Assembly (NCBI RefSeq): GCF_009914755.1
Contig: NC_060941.1
Direction: 5' to 3' (one strand)
DNA from: the human T2T-CHM13v2.0 reference genome, Homo sapiens
Length of the DNA: 64,000 bases
Of this stretch, positions 14,165 through 27,610 are shown piece after piece. The stretch's first letter is position 1. The number at the start of each line of letters is the position of its first letter. Under the pieces are notes generated by a model. It saw only the letters and a list, made by a program, of their open reading frames with translations, made no database searches and was not told the DNA's origin. The position numbers and the translations under genes were made by a program.

Positions 14165-14395
14165 TTATCTCTTTATGGTATATTTTACATGCAATAAAAT
14201 GCACTTATTTAAGTGTACATTTCTATGCTTTGGATAAATGTATATATTCTTGTAACTATTACCACAGTCATTACCATCATCTTCCAAATTTATTTTGTAC
14301 CCTAATTCAGAGAATCCTCCCCTATCAGTCCCACCCTTGGCCCCAGGAAACCACTGACAAAGTAAGTTTACCTTTTCCAGAGATTTCATCCTATC
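14165..14395 (-). mobile_element. Old L1 (L1MB/MC-like) 3' end fragment
   Basis: atgcaataaaatgcacttatttaagtgtaca...ccccaggaaaccactga is a typical L1M 3'UTR antisense. Confidence 0.6.
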
Positions 14396-16490
14396 TTTTT
14401 TTCTTTTTTTTTGATTCCTTGATCTTTATTTTCTTAATTGTTAAATCGATACATTGTCATTGTACATAAGTATGGAGTACAATTTGGTGTTTCAATAAAT
14501 ATCTACGTTGTATAATGATCGAAACAGGGTAATTAGCTTATACATCACCTCATGTATTTAATATTTCTTTGTGATGAGAACATTTAAAAGCCTAGCCCTA
14601 AAACTGTCCTCATAAAATTAATAAAACTAAATTGTCAGTTTTCTTACCAAAAGCATAAGCTTTGAGTAGAAGCAGGGCTAAGCATTAATCAGGTTTCCCT
14701 AGAGCCTACTTCTTTCTCGCTTCCTACTACTTAAAATTCACGTAGCCGCATCACAAGCTCCTGGCTTCTACAGACAACGTCTTTAATGTTAAGAAACCTC
14801 AGATTCTCCATTAAGAGATGTTTTCCAGATCTTGCATTCTAAGGATCCACTGACACCAGACAGTCTGAAGAACTCTCCGAGGAACTAAGTGCAACAAGGC
14901 AGTTTCTACATATTTATGATTTTATCTCCCATGCCCTAATCAGTGACCTCCTGCTTCTCAGCCCCATACGTGCCAAACTTTTCTTAAAAAACACAGTCCA
15001 AATCTCCTCAAGGAGGCAGAGTTGAGGTTCTCTCCTATCTCCTCATTTGGATGCCCCTGTGATTATTAAATTCTTTCTCTGCGGCAACTCCCGCTGTTTC
15101 GACGTATTGAATTGTTACTGCTCGATGAGCCCTTGAACATGGCAGCCCTATAACACCTTCTAGCTATGTTGCAATATACAATACTTTACTCTTAACCATA
15201 GCCATCCTACTGGGCATTGGACACCAGAACTTATTTCTCCTATCTAATTGTAACTTTGTACCCACCGATCAATCTCTCCCTATCCTCCCCTACCCCTACT
15301 AACCCCTCCCTAGTCTCTGGTAAACACTCTTCTACTTGCTGCTTCTATGATGTTACTTTTATTTTAGATTCCACATATGTGAAATCATGCAGTATTTGTA
15401 TTTCCATGTCTGGCTTATTTCACTAAACATGATGCCCTCCAGGTCCATCCATGCTGCCACAAGTGACAAGATTTCATTTTTTTTTTTAATGGTTCAATAG
15501 TATTACATGGTGTGTGTGTTTCTGTGTGTGAACATTTTCTTTATCCATTCATCTGTTGTTGGACACTTAGGTTGATTTCATATCTTGACTATTGTAAATA
15601 GTTGTGCAATAAACATAGGAATGCAGATATCTCTTAGACACACTGATTTTATTTCTTTTGGATACATATCCGGTAGTGGAATCCCAGGATCATACAGTCG
15701 TTCTATCTTTAATTTTTTGAGGAAATTCTGTACCATTTATGTAGTGATTGTACTAATTTTACAGTCCCATTACCATTGTGTAAGTGCTTGCTTTTCTTCA
15801 CGTACTCGCCAACACTTGTTTTCTCTTGTTTTTCTTGATAATAGCAATTCTAACTGGAGTGAGGTGGTATCTCATCGTGGTCTTGGTTTGCCTTTCCCTG
15901 ATGATTAGTGATGTTAAGTATTTTTCATATACCTGGTGGCCACTTGTATGTCTTCTTCTGTGAAAAGTCTATTAAGATCTTTTGCCCATTTTTTAATTGG
16001 GATATATATATGTATCCCAATTTTGTATCTCCCATGCCCTAATCAGTGACCTCCTGCCTCTCAGCCCTATACCTGCCAAAGATTTTTTAAAAAACACGGT
16101 CCAAAACTCCTCAGGGAGGGAGAGTTGAGGTTCTCAACTCGAGTACATATATATTTGCTGTCCAGTTTCTTATACAAGTGAATATTAATCCCTTGTCAGA
16201 TGTAAAGTTTGCCAATATTTTCTCCCATTCTGTAGGTTGTCTCTTCATTCTATTAATTGTTTTCTTTGCTGAGCAAAAGCTTTTTAGTTAGATGTAATTC
16301 CATTTGTCTATTTTTGTTCTGTTGCCTGTGCTTTGAGATCTTATTGTTAAAAATTATACCAAGGTCAATATTATGAAGCATTTCCCCTGTATTTTCTTCT
16401 AGTAGTTTCATAGCTTTGAGTTTTACATTTAAATCTTTAATTCATTTTGAGTTAATTTTTTAAATGTTTGAGTTGATTTTTATATATTTA
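14396..16490 (-). mobile_element. L1MA-type LINE 3' portion, interrupted by an LTR (14599-15155) and a templated insert (~16005-16154)
   Basis: Antisense L1 3'UTR/ORF2 end (ttatccattcatctgttgttggacacttaggttgatttc; tctcccattctgtaggttgtct), collinear across the insertions. Confidence 0.85.
14599..15155 (+). mobile_element. Solo ERV1 LTR (LTR26-family-like)
   Basis: Starts taaaactgtcctcataaaattaat, has attaaattctttctctgcggcaac near the poly(A) signal and ends cctataaca; splits the L1MA. Confidence 0.7.
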
Positions 16491-17569
16491 TGTATACTCC
16501 AAGTTCTCTTTAGATTGCATGCATCTTTTGTCTTTGTTATTGTGTCTTTTAAAGGACCTGCCTATCTCTGTTTTGATGCAGCATGCCTTGATTTTCTCTC
16601 TAACTCTTAGAGAAGAATTTTACTAATTTTCAAGATTTTGGAAATTGAGTGCTCAATATATATTACTTCTGTCCAGCTCCCTACCTACTTCCTGGTCCAG
16701 CCCTCTGGACCACTGACACCTTTTTTGTTTGGTAGCACAACTTTTGAAAAAATATAATTTTGATTATACACGTTAAATATAATCATATATATACATATAT
16801 ATGTACATATGTATGTCTATATACATGTGCACACACACGTGTGTGTATATGATTTAACATATATTCTTCCTAAGGAAATCTACAATTCTAAGAAATTCTC
16901 AGATGAACTTCTACAGGTTTTGTGCAACAGGTTTGATGTCTCCCCTTTTTATTTTGTAGTAAATATATTTAGTTCCACTTAGTAAAATGTTATATGCAAG
17001 CTCATTCATTTTCTACAGAGAAATGGCTGTGAAAAAAAGCGGCCTTCCCCAAGTTCCTTAAAAATTTTGAGCCTTGTTTGGCTCAAACTAGAAAATAAAA
17101 ATAAAAACGGAATTTGTGAGATTTAAAAGAAAATAGTTTATGTAAAAGTGCTTTACAAATGATATAGCACTATATATATTATTTTATACTTGTAGTAGCA
17201 ATTTTTTATTTTCTGATATAGACAGTTTTTACCCTAAATTCCAAATACTTAAGTCCATCAAACAGCAGCAACAACAACAAAGGGCTTTTCTCATTTTGAA
17301 AAATGCTTACCAAGCATCCAATGCCTAGAACTATGAGAGGTGTTGGAGATTCAAAGGTAGGCTTGTCAAGGAGCTCTCAGAGGCATGAGAGAGAATGAGA
17401 ACAATTACAGTAACCTAATTTTGAGTTTCTATGTTTGTCCTCTGACCTTAGCAATCAAGGCAAAAGACCTCCAGTAAAGTGTTTGTGCAGTACATGTAAG
17501 CACACTCTTCTCCATCCTTGCTGAGAAAATCCATAGTCACATTTTATCAAATGTCAAGAGGTTTCACTC

Positions 17570-17595
17570 TTTTTTTTTTTTTTTTTTTTTTTTTT
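17570..17595 (+). repeat. Poly(T)26
   Basis: Direct reading. Confidence 0.95.
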
Positions 17596-18336
17596 GGTAC
17601 TTGAGTTTATAAGGCTGGAGTTTATGCACCTGGACCCTGGCACTACGTGAAGGGAAGGTGTTGTTCTTGGCAAAATGCTCAGTAACAAGCCTATCGGATT
17701 ACAGAGTGGATTTCCTTTATCTTGGGGCATTGGACTCTATTCAGGGAGCAGGAGGGATAAGATTTCACAGCTTGTTTGGACATGCTAGTTACTTCTTATT
17801 CTCATTCTTCTGAAGAGTGTAGTCTTCTGGCCTACATCCTAGTAGAATCAATGTCCAGACAAGAAATGCCTTCAGTGTTTTAGATGCTCTCTGCTGAACC
17901 AAATGACTTTATTTACCAAAAACAAAACTACTGCCTTCCAATAGGAAGGAGGTGGCCTTTCCCAGAACTTCTAGCCAAACCAGAGTGTCCTGCTGTTTGA
18001 CAGAGGTTTAGTAGTGTTTCTATCAGGATTCCTTATATAAGAAAACCTTTTTTCTTACATTGTGTCCAAGGTGGTTTTTTCCTCAATGGACTTCAGGGGA
18101 TTCTTTTCCTACTACTTCTTTAGGTATATTTTTTCCCTTGCTGTTTTCATCACTTCATTCTGCAGGCCAAATCTTTACCAAATATTCATGTCACTGAAAT
18201 CTTTCTGGCAAATCTGCTAAAATGAATCATTTATTTTCCTTTGCAAAAATCTGTTAAAAAGAAAGCAGTATTCCTGAAAAGAGGTTTGAGGAGGTTCAAT
18301 TTTTCCATCACTTCACCATAACACATGCAGACACAG

Positions 18337-18365
18337 ACACACACACACACACACACACACACACA
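18337..18365 (+). repeat. (AC)n microsatellite
   Basis: Direct reading. Confidence 0.95.
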
Positions 18366-18527
18366 ACTTCTATGTGTACATGCATGAAACTAAAGGCACA
18401 CCATAGCGATTGTCACAGTCCTCATTCTTGAGTCTCTCTTGTGACTTTGGTAAGATCAAAGGAGAAATTCAGCCCTGAAACTGTAGAGACATCACACAAT
18501 TTGGGGCATTTGTCCTGATTTATTTAT

Positions 18528-18613
18528 TGTCCATTATATGTGTTATAATTACTGGGGAGGAAAAAAATAATGTCCATTATATGTGTCATAATTACAGGGG
18601 AAGAAAAAAATAA
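18528..18613 (+). repeat. 43-bp tandem duplication
   Basis: tgtccattatatgtgttataattactggggaggaaaaaaataa x2, 3 mismatches. Confidence 0.9.
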
Positions 18614-18739
18614 TTGTAGGTGATTCTTATTTCTTCTCCAATAACTTATTTATAATTTTAATATTTTCTACAATGAAAATATATAACTTTTTGTTTCTTA
18701 TCCATGATTGTTGAGTTAAACACATAGTTGATATTTCCT

Positions 18740-19700
18740 ATACTCTTTTTTGTTCAATAATAAATGCACTAAAGTCTCTAAAATATTATCTGAGTACCAT
18801 TTTGAACTAAAATCATAGGTGTTGGCACGTTGCATTCTCATGGTTTTCAAAAATTTCTAAGTAGTTTAATAGCCCAAAGATTATTTTAAAGAACATTTTA
18901 ATACATCCAGTTGGATATTTATTTATTGTTTTGTTTTATTTTTGTGAAAGGAGGCTATCTCTTTCCTTTTATTTTTATTATCTAGTTTTATTGAACTGTG
19001 TCAGAAAATATGAAATATATTATTGTATTTAAAATCTAATGGCCAACTTTAATAAATATGTCATGGCTATTTGAAATTAAAGTACATTTCCTTTTGTTAG
19101 GTACACATTTTAAATATCTATATGGCTGTTAACTGTATAATTCAAATATTCAAAAGTTTAAATACTTTTTATCTGTTTAATCTCTTGAGTATTGAGGTAA
19201 GTATGTTTAAGTCTCTACCATGATGGTTTAATATTCTATTTTTACTTGTATGGCACTTGCTTCCTGTATATTTTATTGATATTTTATTAGGTACATCCAT
19301 GTTCATGATTGTTAAATCTTATTAGAGTATTGTAACTTTACCAAATAAAATAACCCTCTTTTTACTTTTTATCTCAGATTATTTTTTGTCAGATGTTAAT
19401 ATGGTAATGCTATTTCAGTTTTCTTGGTATTGGTCCAGTATAACTTTTTTTGTCTTCCTTCATTTTTCTACGTTTCTATGCCATTTTTATATTTTAATAT
19501 TTTCTACAAAGAGAAACATGAAATTTGAGAAGAACATTTATAATTATTATAAACACTGACATGTTTTGTATTTTCCTTTCTTCTTTCTTTCTTTCCTAGT
19601 CATTACTGTATTGACATATTTGCCTTTATTTTTTCTTTTACTGGCTTATAAATACACTTTTTTTTATTTTAGTGGCTGTCTTATATTTACATTGTATTAA
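18740..19700 (-). mobile_element. Ancient L1 (L1ME/L1M5-like) ORF2 fragment
   Basis: Very AT-rich degenerate antisense L1 motifs (tattgaggtaagtatgtttaagtctc; tcagatgttaatatggta). Confidence 0.5.
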
Positions 19701-20098
19701 AACAAATCATTCTGAAGATGCCTATGACTTGTTAGCATTTATATCTATTTTCTTCACTAAGACGAAAGCTTAACATGCTTTCAACTCTCTCTCCTGACTT
19801 CACATTCCTAATCTTAGAATTTCTGCTCCCTGTAGTACATGAGAAAAATCAACATCAAATAAATTTTAGATCTTTATTTTAAACTTGATGCAAACTTATT
19901 ATGCTATCTTAAGATGGAACAGAAACTACCATATTAGAGTAAACATTTTTATTGTTTAAACAGAGGATCTCTGGATTAAGTTTTACATTTCAAGAAATAG
20001 GTCAGGTTGTTAATTTGATATTGAGTGCAGCTGCCTTTCACAATCTGGTCTTGAGAATCCACAACAATTTAACTTTCACTAAATATGGCACGTGGTAA

Positions 20099-20600
<502 letters not shown>

Positions 20601-21136
20601 TGCAACAAATTCTGAGCAGGCCCCGTGGGTAAGAGACTGGATCTACCACCTGGGGAAAGCCATTTGTCCTTCCAATATTCCTATTCCCGTTACCTCAAGT
20701 AAAGGGGACGATGAAGGACCAGATGGCTCCTAAGATCCAGCCAGCTCTAGTTTTTGTGTATGTTCTTTTCTTTCTCTAAAGAGGCTGTGGTTTATTTTCT
20801 ATCACATTTGATAAAAGAGAGCATCATATAATTGCATTTATCAGTGAGATAACTTTGAGCTAATTACATAAGGACTATTACTTTAGTACTTATATACCCA
20901 TAAAAATTTCATACAAGAAGATCCAATAGGCTTGTTAGGGGCAAAAAAAAAAAAAAAAAAAAGAGAGAAAGTAAAGTTCAAGCAAAATATAGAGTAGCTT
21001 ACGTAAGTCAGGCTATAAATATTTATACATTTAAATAAAGGCCAGAACTTTGCTTCTGTGTTTAATTTTTTAGCAGCCAAATTAAAAGAAAAATGTAAAA
21101 ATTAAGATAAATGTTTTAAGAACCATGTAAAGTGTT

Positions 21137-21393
21137 GGGCATAAAGATGGGAACAACAGACACAGGGGAATACAAGAGGGGAGGAAGGGAGGAGGGCAAA
21201 GGTTGAAAAACTACCTATTGGGTATTATGCTCACTACATAAGTGACAGATCCATTCGTATACCAAACCCCAGCATCATGAAATATACCTTTGTAACAAAC
21301 CTGCACATGTACCCCAATTCTAAAATAAAAGATGAAAAACAAAAAACCAGAAAACCCCAAAGTAAATACAGAAGTAAATAAATAAAAAGAAAT
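21137..21393 (+). mobile_element. 5'-truncated L1PA15/16-like 3' end
   Basis: aaactacctattgggtattatgc...aacaaacctgcacatgtacccc, A-rich tail and probable TSD atgtaaa(g/a)tgtt at 21125 and 21394. Confidence 0.8.
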
Positions 21394-21629
21394 ATGTAAA
21401 ATGTTATGTCATTCCAAAGGAAACCACTTGTATTAAGGGACAGTGGTTAAAACAATGAGAGGACTTTGGTAATAAGGAGCCTTGTGTTAAACCACAAATG
21501 ATGGATATGACTTTAATAGGTAGATGTGGTAGGGAAGACCTTCCAAGCAAATGGCCCACTACAAACACACATGTAGACATAAGAAACCTAAAGCATATCT
21601 TGATAACCACAAGAAACCCATTTTGTCTA

Positions 21630-21830
21630 GGGCAGGAATTTTGCCCCCTGGGAACATTTCACAATGTTTGAAGATAATTTTGTTTGTCACAACTGGGCAG
21701 TTGGTGCTCTTGGCATCTAGTGGCTAGAGACCAGAGATACTGCTAAACTTTCTGCAATGCACAGAACAGACCCCAACAACAAAAAATTGTCTAGTCCAAT
21801 ATGGAAATAGTGCCTCCTTGAGAAACCCTG
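21630..21830 (+). mobile_element. MER20 DNA transposon
   Basis: ttttgccccctgggaacattt...gtcacaactggg...ggcatctagtggctagagaccagagatactgctaaac...ttgagaaaccctg. Confidence 0.85.
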
Positions 21831-22021
21831 TTCCAGGGAAGCTAAATTTAGACGTTAATGGGGAATGCAACTGGAAAAGTAGCTTGCAGATTTTAAATGG
21901 TAGGCCAAGGAAAAGTTACCAGAAATAGAAGGTTCTGAGCAACGACTGAAGTTTTTTTTTTTTTTTTTTTCTAATAACCATAGTGCCTTGTGGGAAACTT
22001 AAGTGTCAAATACATAGAGAT

Positions 22022-22360
22022 GGCTGGGCACAGTGGCTCACACCTGTAATTCTAGCACTTTGGGAGGCTGAAGTGGGTGGATCACTTGAGCCCAGGTGTT
22101 TCAGACTGGCGTGGGCAACACAGGAAAACTCCATCTCTACAAAAAATTACAAAAATTAGCCAGGAATAGTGGTGCACAACTGTGGTCCCAGCTACTTAGG
22201 GGATTGAAGCAAAGGGATCACCTGAGCCCAGGAGTCAAGGCTGCAGTGAGCTAGGATTGCACCACTGGACTCCAACCTAAGCGACAGACGGAGACCCTAT
22301 CTCAAAAAATAAATAAAATAAAATAAAATAAAATAAAATAAACAACAACAACAACAAAAA
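22022..22360 (+). mobile_element. AluJ with (AAAAT)n/(AAC)n tail
   Basis: Alu dimer with J-type gatcacttgagcccagg in both arms. Confidence 0.9.
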
Positions 22361-22399
22361 ACCCCCACACAAAACATAGAACTGATTAAAGGAATAAAA

Positions 22400-22700
22400 T
22401 CCCAGGAAATGGGATGATCAATTAGGAGCCTATGGCAATATTTCAGATGAGGGGTAAGAAAGACTTTAGAAAGGAAAGGCAATGATCAATTCCAGAGACA
22501 TGGCAGAAGAGAAATGTTTATGACTCAGCAACTGTTTAAATCATGGGAAGAGAGAAGGTGGCTGGAAAAATCACAGCACGGTTGAATTAAGAAACAGAGT
22601 CAGGAGAGAAGAGTGAACTGAAGAGGAACAATTATACTTTGATTTTTGAGGTGTGGGCAGGTCATTTATAGGTGGACACACCAAATAGGCTTCTAGAAGG
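22400..22700 (-). mobile_element. L2 fragment
   Basis: Degenerate purine-rich L2 antisense motifs (ttcagatgagg...aattccagagac...). Confidence 0.45.
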
Positions 22701-23469
22701 CAGATTGATTCAACTTGCTATTTTTGTCTACATTCCTGAACTCTTCCATTTGAGTTGAATCCAAGTTACAAGCCTCATTTGCAACAACATAATCTTTTCA
22801 CTCTCAGGTAAGGGTGGGGGCACAGGCTTTGCCCTTAAGAGAAATTCAACTAGTGGGGCCAACTAATTCAAGTCTCATCCCAGCAGCATAGTATTGGAGT
22901 TCACTAAATATTTAACAAGAGTCAAAAGGAGTAATGTTTTGTTTACTATCAATTGTGTTTGCTTTTGTGTGCAGCTTCCATGATCCCAGGGTTGTAAACT
23001 TGCAAGTCACATCTGTGTTCTGGGCATGAGCTCACATTTATGTAAATCACCTTCACATGCTGCTACAAATCCACTCAAGTCAACGGTTTAGCACATCCCA
23101 ACATGCACATTGGAGAGGTTTCCATGAATTACATTCTTTGTTTTAATCCGACATTGACTCATTCCCATGTATTTGCCATCACTCCTGCTGCAACTTGACA
23201 CACAGTGCTTTGTTAGCCTTGTTTTATATGTCTTACTTTATAGCTGGTAAAGATTCTTTCTCCCCTCCTCTTACGGCATGAGTGGAAGTAGAGGAGGCCA
23301 GGAGTTAATCACTGCCCACAGCTGATGTATACAGCAGCCAAAAGCAGGCATTTTCATATGTTTATTACAAGGAAGTATAGCCAGTTGAATTCCCTCTGAC
23401 TTATGCAGCCATGAATCCTCCACTGTAGGATTTCCTCAACCTTCCAGCTCCATAGAATCATGCAATGCT

Positions 23470-23830
<361 letters not shown>

Positions 23831-25396
23831 TCATTCCAACTACATTCTTGCCATACAATTTAAGTCTATGCTACAAAGAGTAAGCATGATATAAGGCAAC
23901 TAAACTGGTCAGTTGCAAAACTTCCTTTTGTCTGTCCTGTGGGTTTTCTGTCAACTGAGTTATTAAACTGCTATAACAGTTTCAGGAGTACATCTATTCC
24001 ATGAGTTTTGTCGGCTAGGTGGGGTTCTGTACTGAAGGTCTTTAAGGTACTCCTCCATATGCCCAACAGTCAAAAGTAAGAAGAAGAACATAAACCAGGG
24101 TGATCCACCGTGAAACCTGCTGAGAGAATGTTTTGATGTGAAGCCCTTCCCAGAAGTGAGAATGACCAAGGAGAAATTACCTCCTTCTAGTCTCTCACCT
24201 TCCATCTGCCATGAATGAAGCAACTGCCAGGCAGAGAGACTGGTCATTGCCATTGGTCTGCCATGCTTGGTATGGACATTTTTTTCTAGGGACACATCAA
24301 TCCCTCGCCTGACCCCAGATCCTGAGAAACATCTTGTGAGGTTATACCTCTTTCACACCATTGAAGAATCTATCTCTTCGATATTTTTGAATGGCTTCCA
24401 GACCATAAGTCGCTCCTTTGACACTTTCATTTTTGGCACGAACTGCATTATTTCCATACTCAGAGGTTTACAGTAACCAACAGCAAATGTTCTGCAAACA
24501 GAAGCAGAAGGTAACTTAGTAGGCGGTAGGAAAGACCAAGACAAGTTTTATCAACCCCACAATTCTCCAGAACCAGCCCTGATTCTCTGATTCATTTTAA
24601 GTTTGTTTGAAAATTCTGTTTGAAGAAGACAAAGAATTATTAAATACAATAAAAAGTAGGATGTTTAGAAAAGAAAACAAAAAACCTTGGATTCTTGGAA
24701 AGCTATAGAAGAAATTGAGATTCTCGGTCTAAAAGGATTAAGAGAATACCTGGGCGCATGTTTTATTTAATATCTAGACTTATGTGCAGACAAAAGTTTC
24801 CCTGGGGCTCTGGGAGGAAGTTCCAGGATGGTAAATGTAACAGATTAATTCTATAGGGCCTAAAAAAACAAAAAAAACCTTTAGAAATTCTTCTTTCTTT
24901 CATGTAAGACCAACTCAGTCATATTCTTTCTTCCTACTTGTTTCAGCAATTGGAAACATCTTCAAACTCATTCTGTAAGAATGATACAATTTTCAAGAGA
25001 TGAAATTAAAATTATGCCATTAATAATATCTTAGATGTATGGCATGTATTTTCAGTGGTCTTCCTCACCCAGTGAGTGCTTCTATTCAGATTTTGTTGAA
25101 AATGACCACTAGGGCTGAGTTGGGAACTCTTGCCTGTTGGTACCTAAAAAGCCTCCTAGTCTGACTGCTCCTGGGAATCACCAAATGTGTTTCCCAACTT
25201 TTCATGCTATACACATGCTTTACGCACTCACATATACACAGAAACACTACTTAAAATTAGCTCTGTTAATGTCTGTGTTATTTTCCATTCTGTCTTCAAC
25301 AATTTCCCTATCACGTTCTTCCCTATGACAGTCTTGGATGAAAAAGGTCTACTTGATGTCGTCACATATATTTTCACCTAAGAATGGAAAAGGAAT

Positions 25397-26040
25397 TTTT
25401 TTTTAATTTCAACTTTTCTTATAGATTGAAAGGCACACGTGCAGGTTTGTTACATGGGTAGACTGTGTGACTCTGAGGCTTGGGTCCCTACCAATCTCAT
25501 CTCCTAGGCCATAAGCATAGAACTCAACAGGTGCTTCTTCAGCCCATACCCGCCTCCTACCATCTTCTGTCTAGTGACCCCCAGTGTCCATCGTTCCCAT
25601 CTTTACAATCATGCGAGTCCAATATTTAGCTCCCACTTATAGGTGAGAATATGTGGTATTTGATTTTCTATTCTTGCGTTTTGTTGCTTAATCTCCTCCA
25701 GCTCCATCCATGTTGCTACCAAGGGCATGATTTCATTCTTTTTTTTATAGCTGCATAGTATTCTATGGTGTATATGTACCCCATTTTCTTTATCCAATCA
25801 ACCGTCGATGGGCATTTAGGTTGATTCCATTTGTTTTTGCTATTGCTATTGTGAATTGCACTGCAATGAACACGTAAGTCCATGTGTTCCTTATGACAGA
25901 ATGACTTATTTTCCTTCAGGTATATACTCAGTAGTGGGATTGCTGGGTTGAATGGTAGTTCTATTTTAAGTTCCTTGAGGAACGAAGTGCTTTCCACGGT
26001 GGATGAAATAGTTAGCATTCCCACCAACAGTATACAAATG
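25397..26040 (-). mobile_element. L1PA15/16-like 3' fragment
   Basis: gtgcaggtttgttacatggg...ttagctcccacttataggtgagaatatg; the ORF track shows L1 ORF2 C-terminal remnants (FNPAIPLLSIY; WNQPKCPS). Confidence 0.85.
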
Positions 26041-26796
26041 TTCAAACAGGGATTTGTTAATTCCATGATTTAATGAAATTACCTAAGGTTTCTACTAAAC
26101 ACGATTATCATTTGACATCCATAATTAGTAAGCAATGTACCCTAAGGACTTTAAAGCAATTTTTAAATAACCTATGGTAATCTAGAAACCATTAGAAAGT
26201 GTGAGTCATTATTTCAGGCCCTATTTATAAGGACCCTGACTACCTTAATTAAACCAAATGAATCTAAACTGTCTCGTGTTACACAATTCATTGTATCTTA
26301 GGATAAAGATACACATTAACTAAATAAACTTCATCTACTATATTCACCAGATAATGAGTTAGTGAAGTAATTAAACATAAATATTTTTAATGCCAAGGAA
26401 AATGAATACTCAAGGCCACCAACCCAGCATTCGGCAATCTTGTTAACTTTATGTCTTCCTTTTAAAGAATTACAGGAAAGGTTAAATTGTTCAGGATAAT
26501 TCTGGATAATATCTGAAGAAACTGTAATAAAAACATCACTTGTGAAAGGGGCCACCATGATCTTTGAAAAAGTATGGTCAGTAACATGGTTGTGAATTTT
26601 AAGTACTCCTGACCATTTGCTCTTTAGTGAGTAGAACAATCACTGAGAACTAAATAATTTTGGCTATTTTATAAAAATAATTCAACAAATAATAAATACT
26701 GATTTCAGGGTAAAGACAAAGCTTTGTTACAAAAACTACAACTTGAATTTATGTATGTGCAATGTCAGTTAAATTTTAACAGTGGCTTGAGTCTAG

Positions 26797-27331
<535 letters not shown>

Positions 27332-27374
27332 TAGTCAAATAACTTTTATAACAGCAACAGCAATGAAATAAAAA

Positions 27375-27610
27375 CAACTTTGCTATGTGCCACACACTAT
27401 TATAAGCATTTTACATACAATATAGTCTCATTTAATCCTTAACAAAACCTTTAAAGTAAGCATTACCACTACCATTTTGCATAAAGAAACTGAGTCAGAG
27501 AGATGTTAAGAAACCTGCTTAAAATTAAATTGTTACTGAGTGGCAGAGCCATGATTTAACCCAGATCTTTTTGACTCCAGTTAATCCTATCCACTATGTT
27601 ATACTGTATA
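27375..27610 (-). mobile_element. MIR SINE
   Basis: tctcatttaatcct...aagaaactgagtcagagagatgttaag...gagtggcagagccatgattt. Confidence 0.8.

Noticed and set aside
26331-26639. 102-aa ORF in unique DNA (likewise 372-725, 11235-11594, 23963-24295, 31640-31987, 53802-54224)
   Set aside because: No recognisable homology, several with non-ATG starts, and lengths expected by chance.
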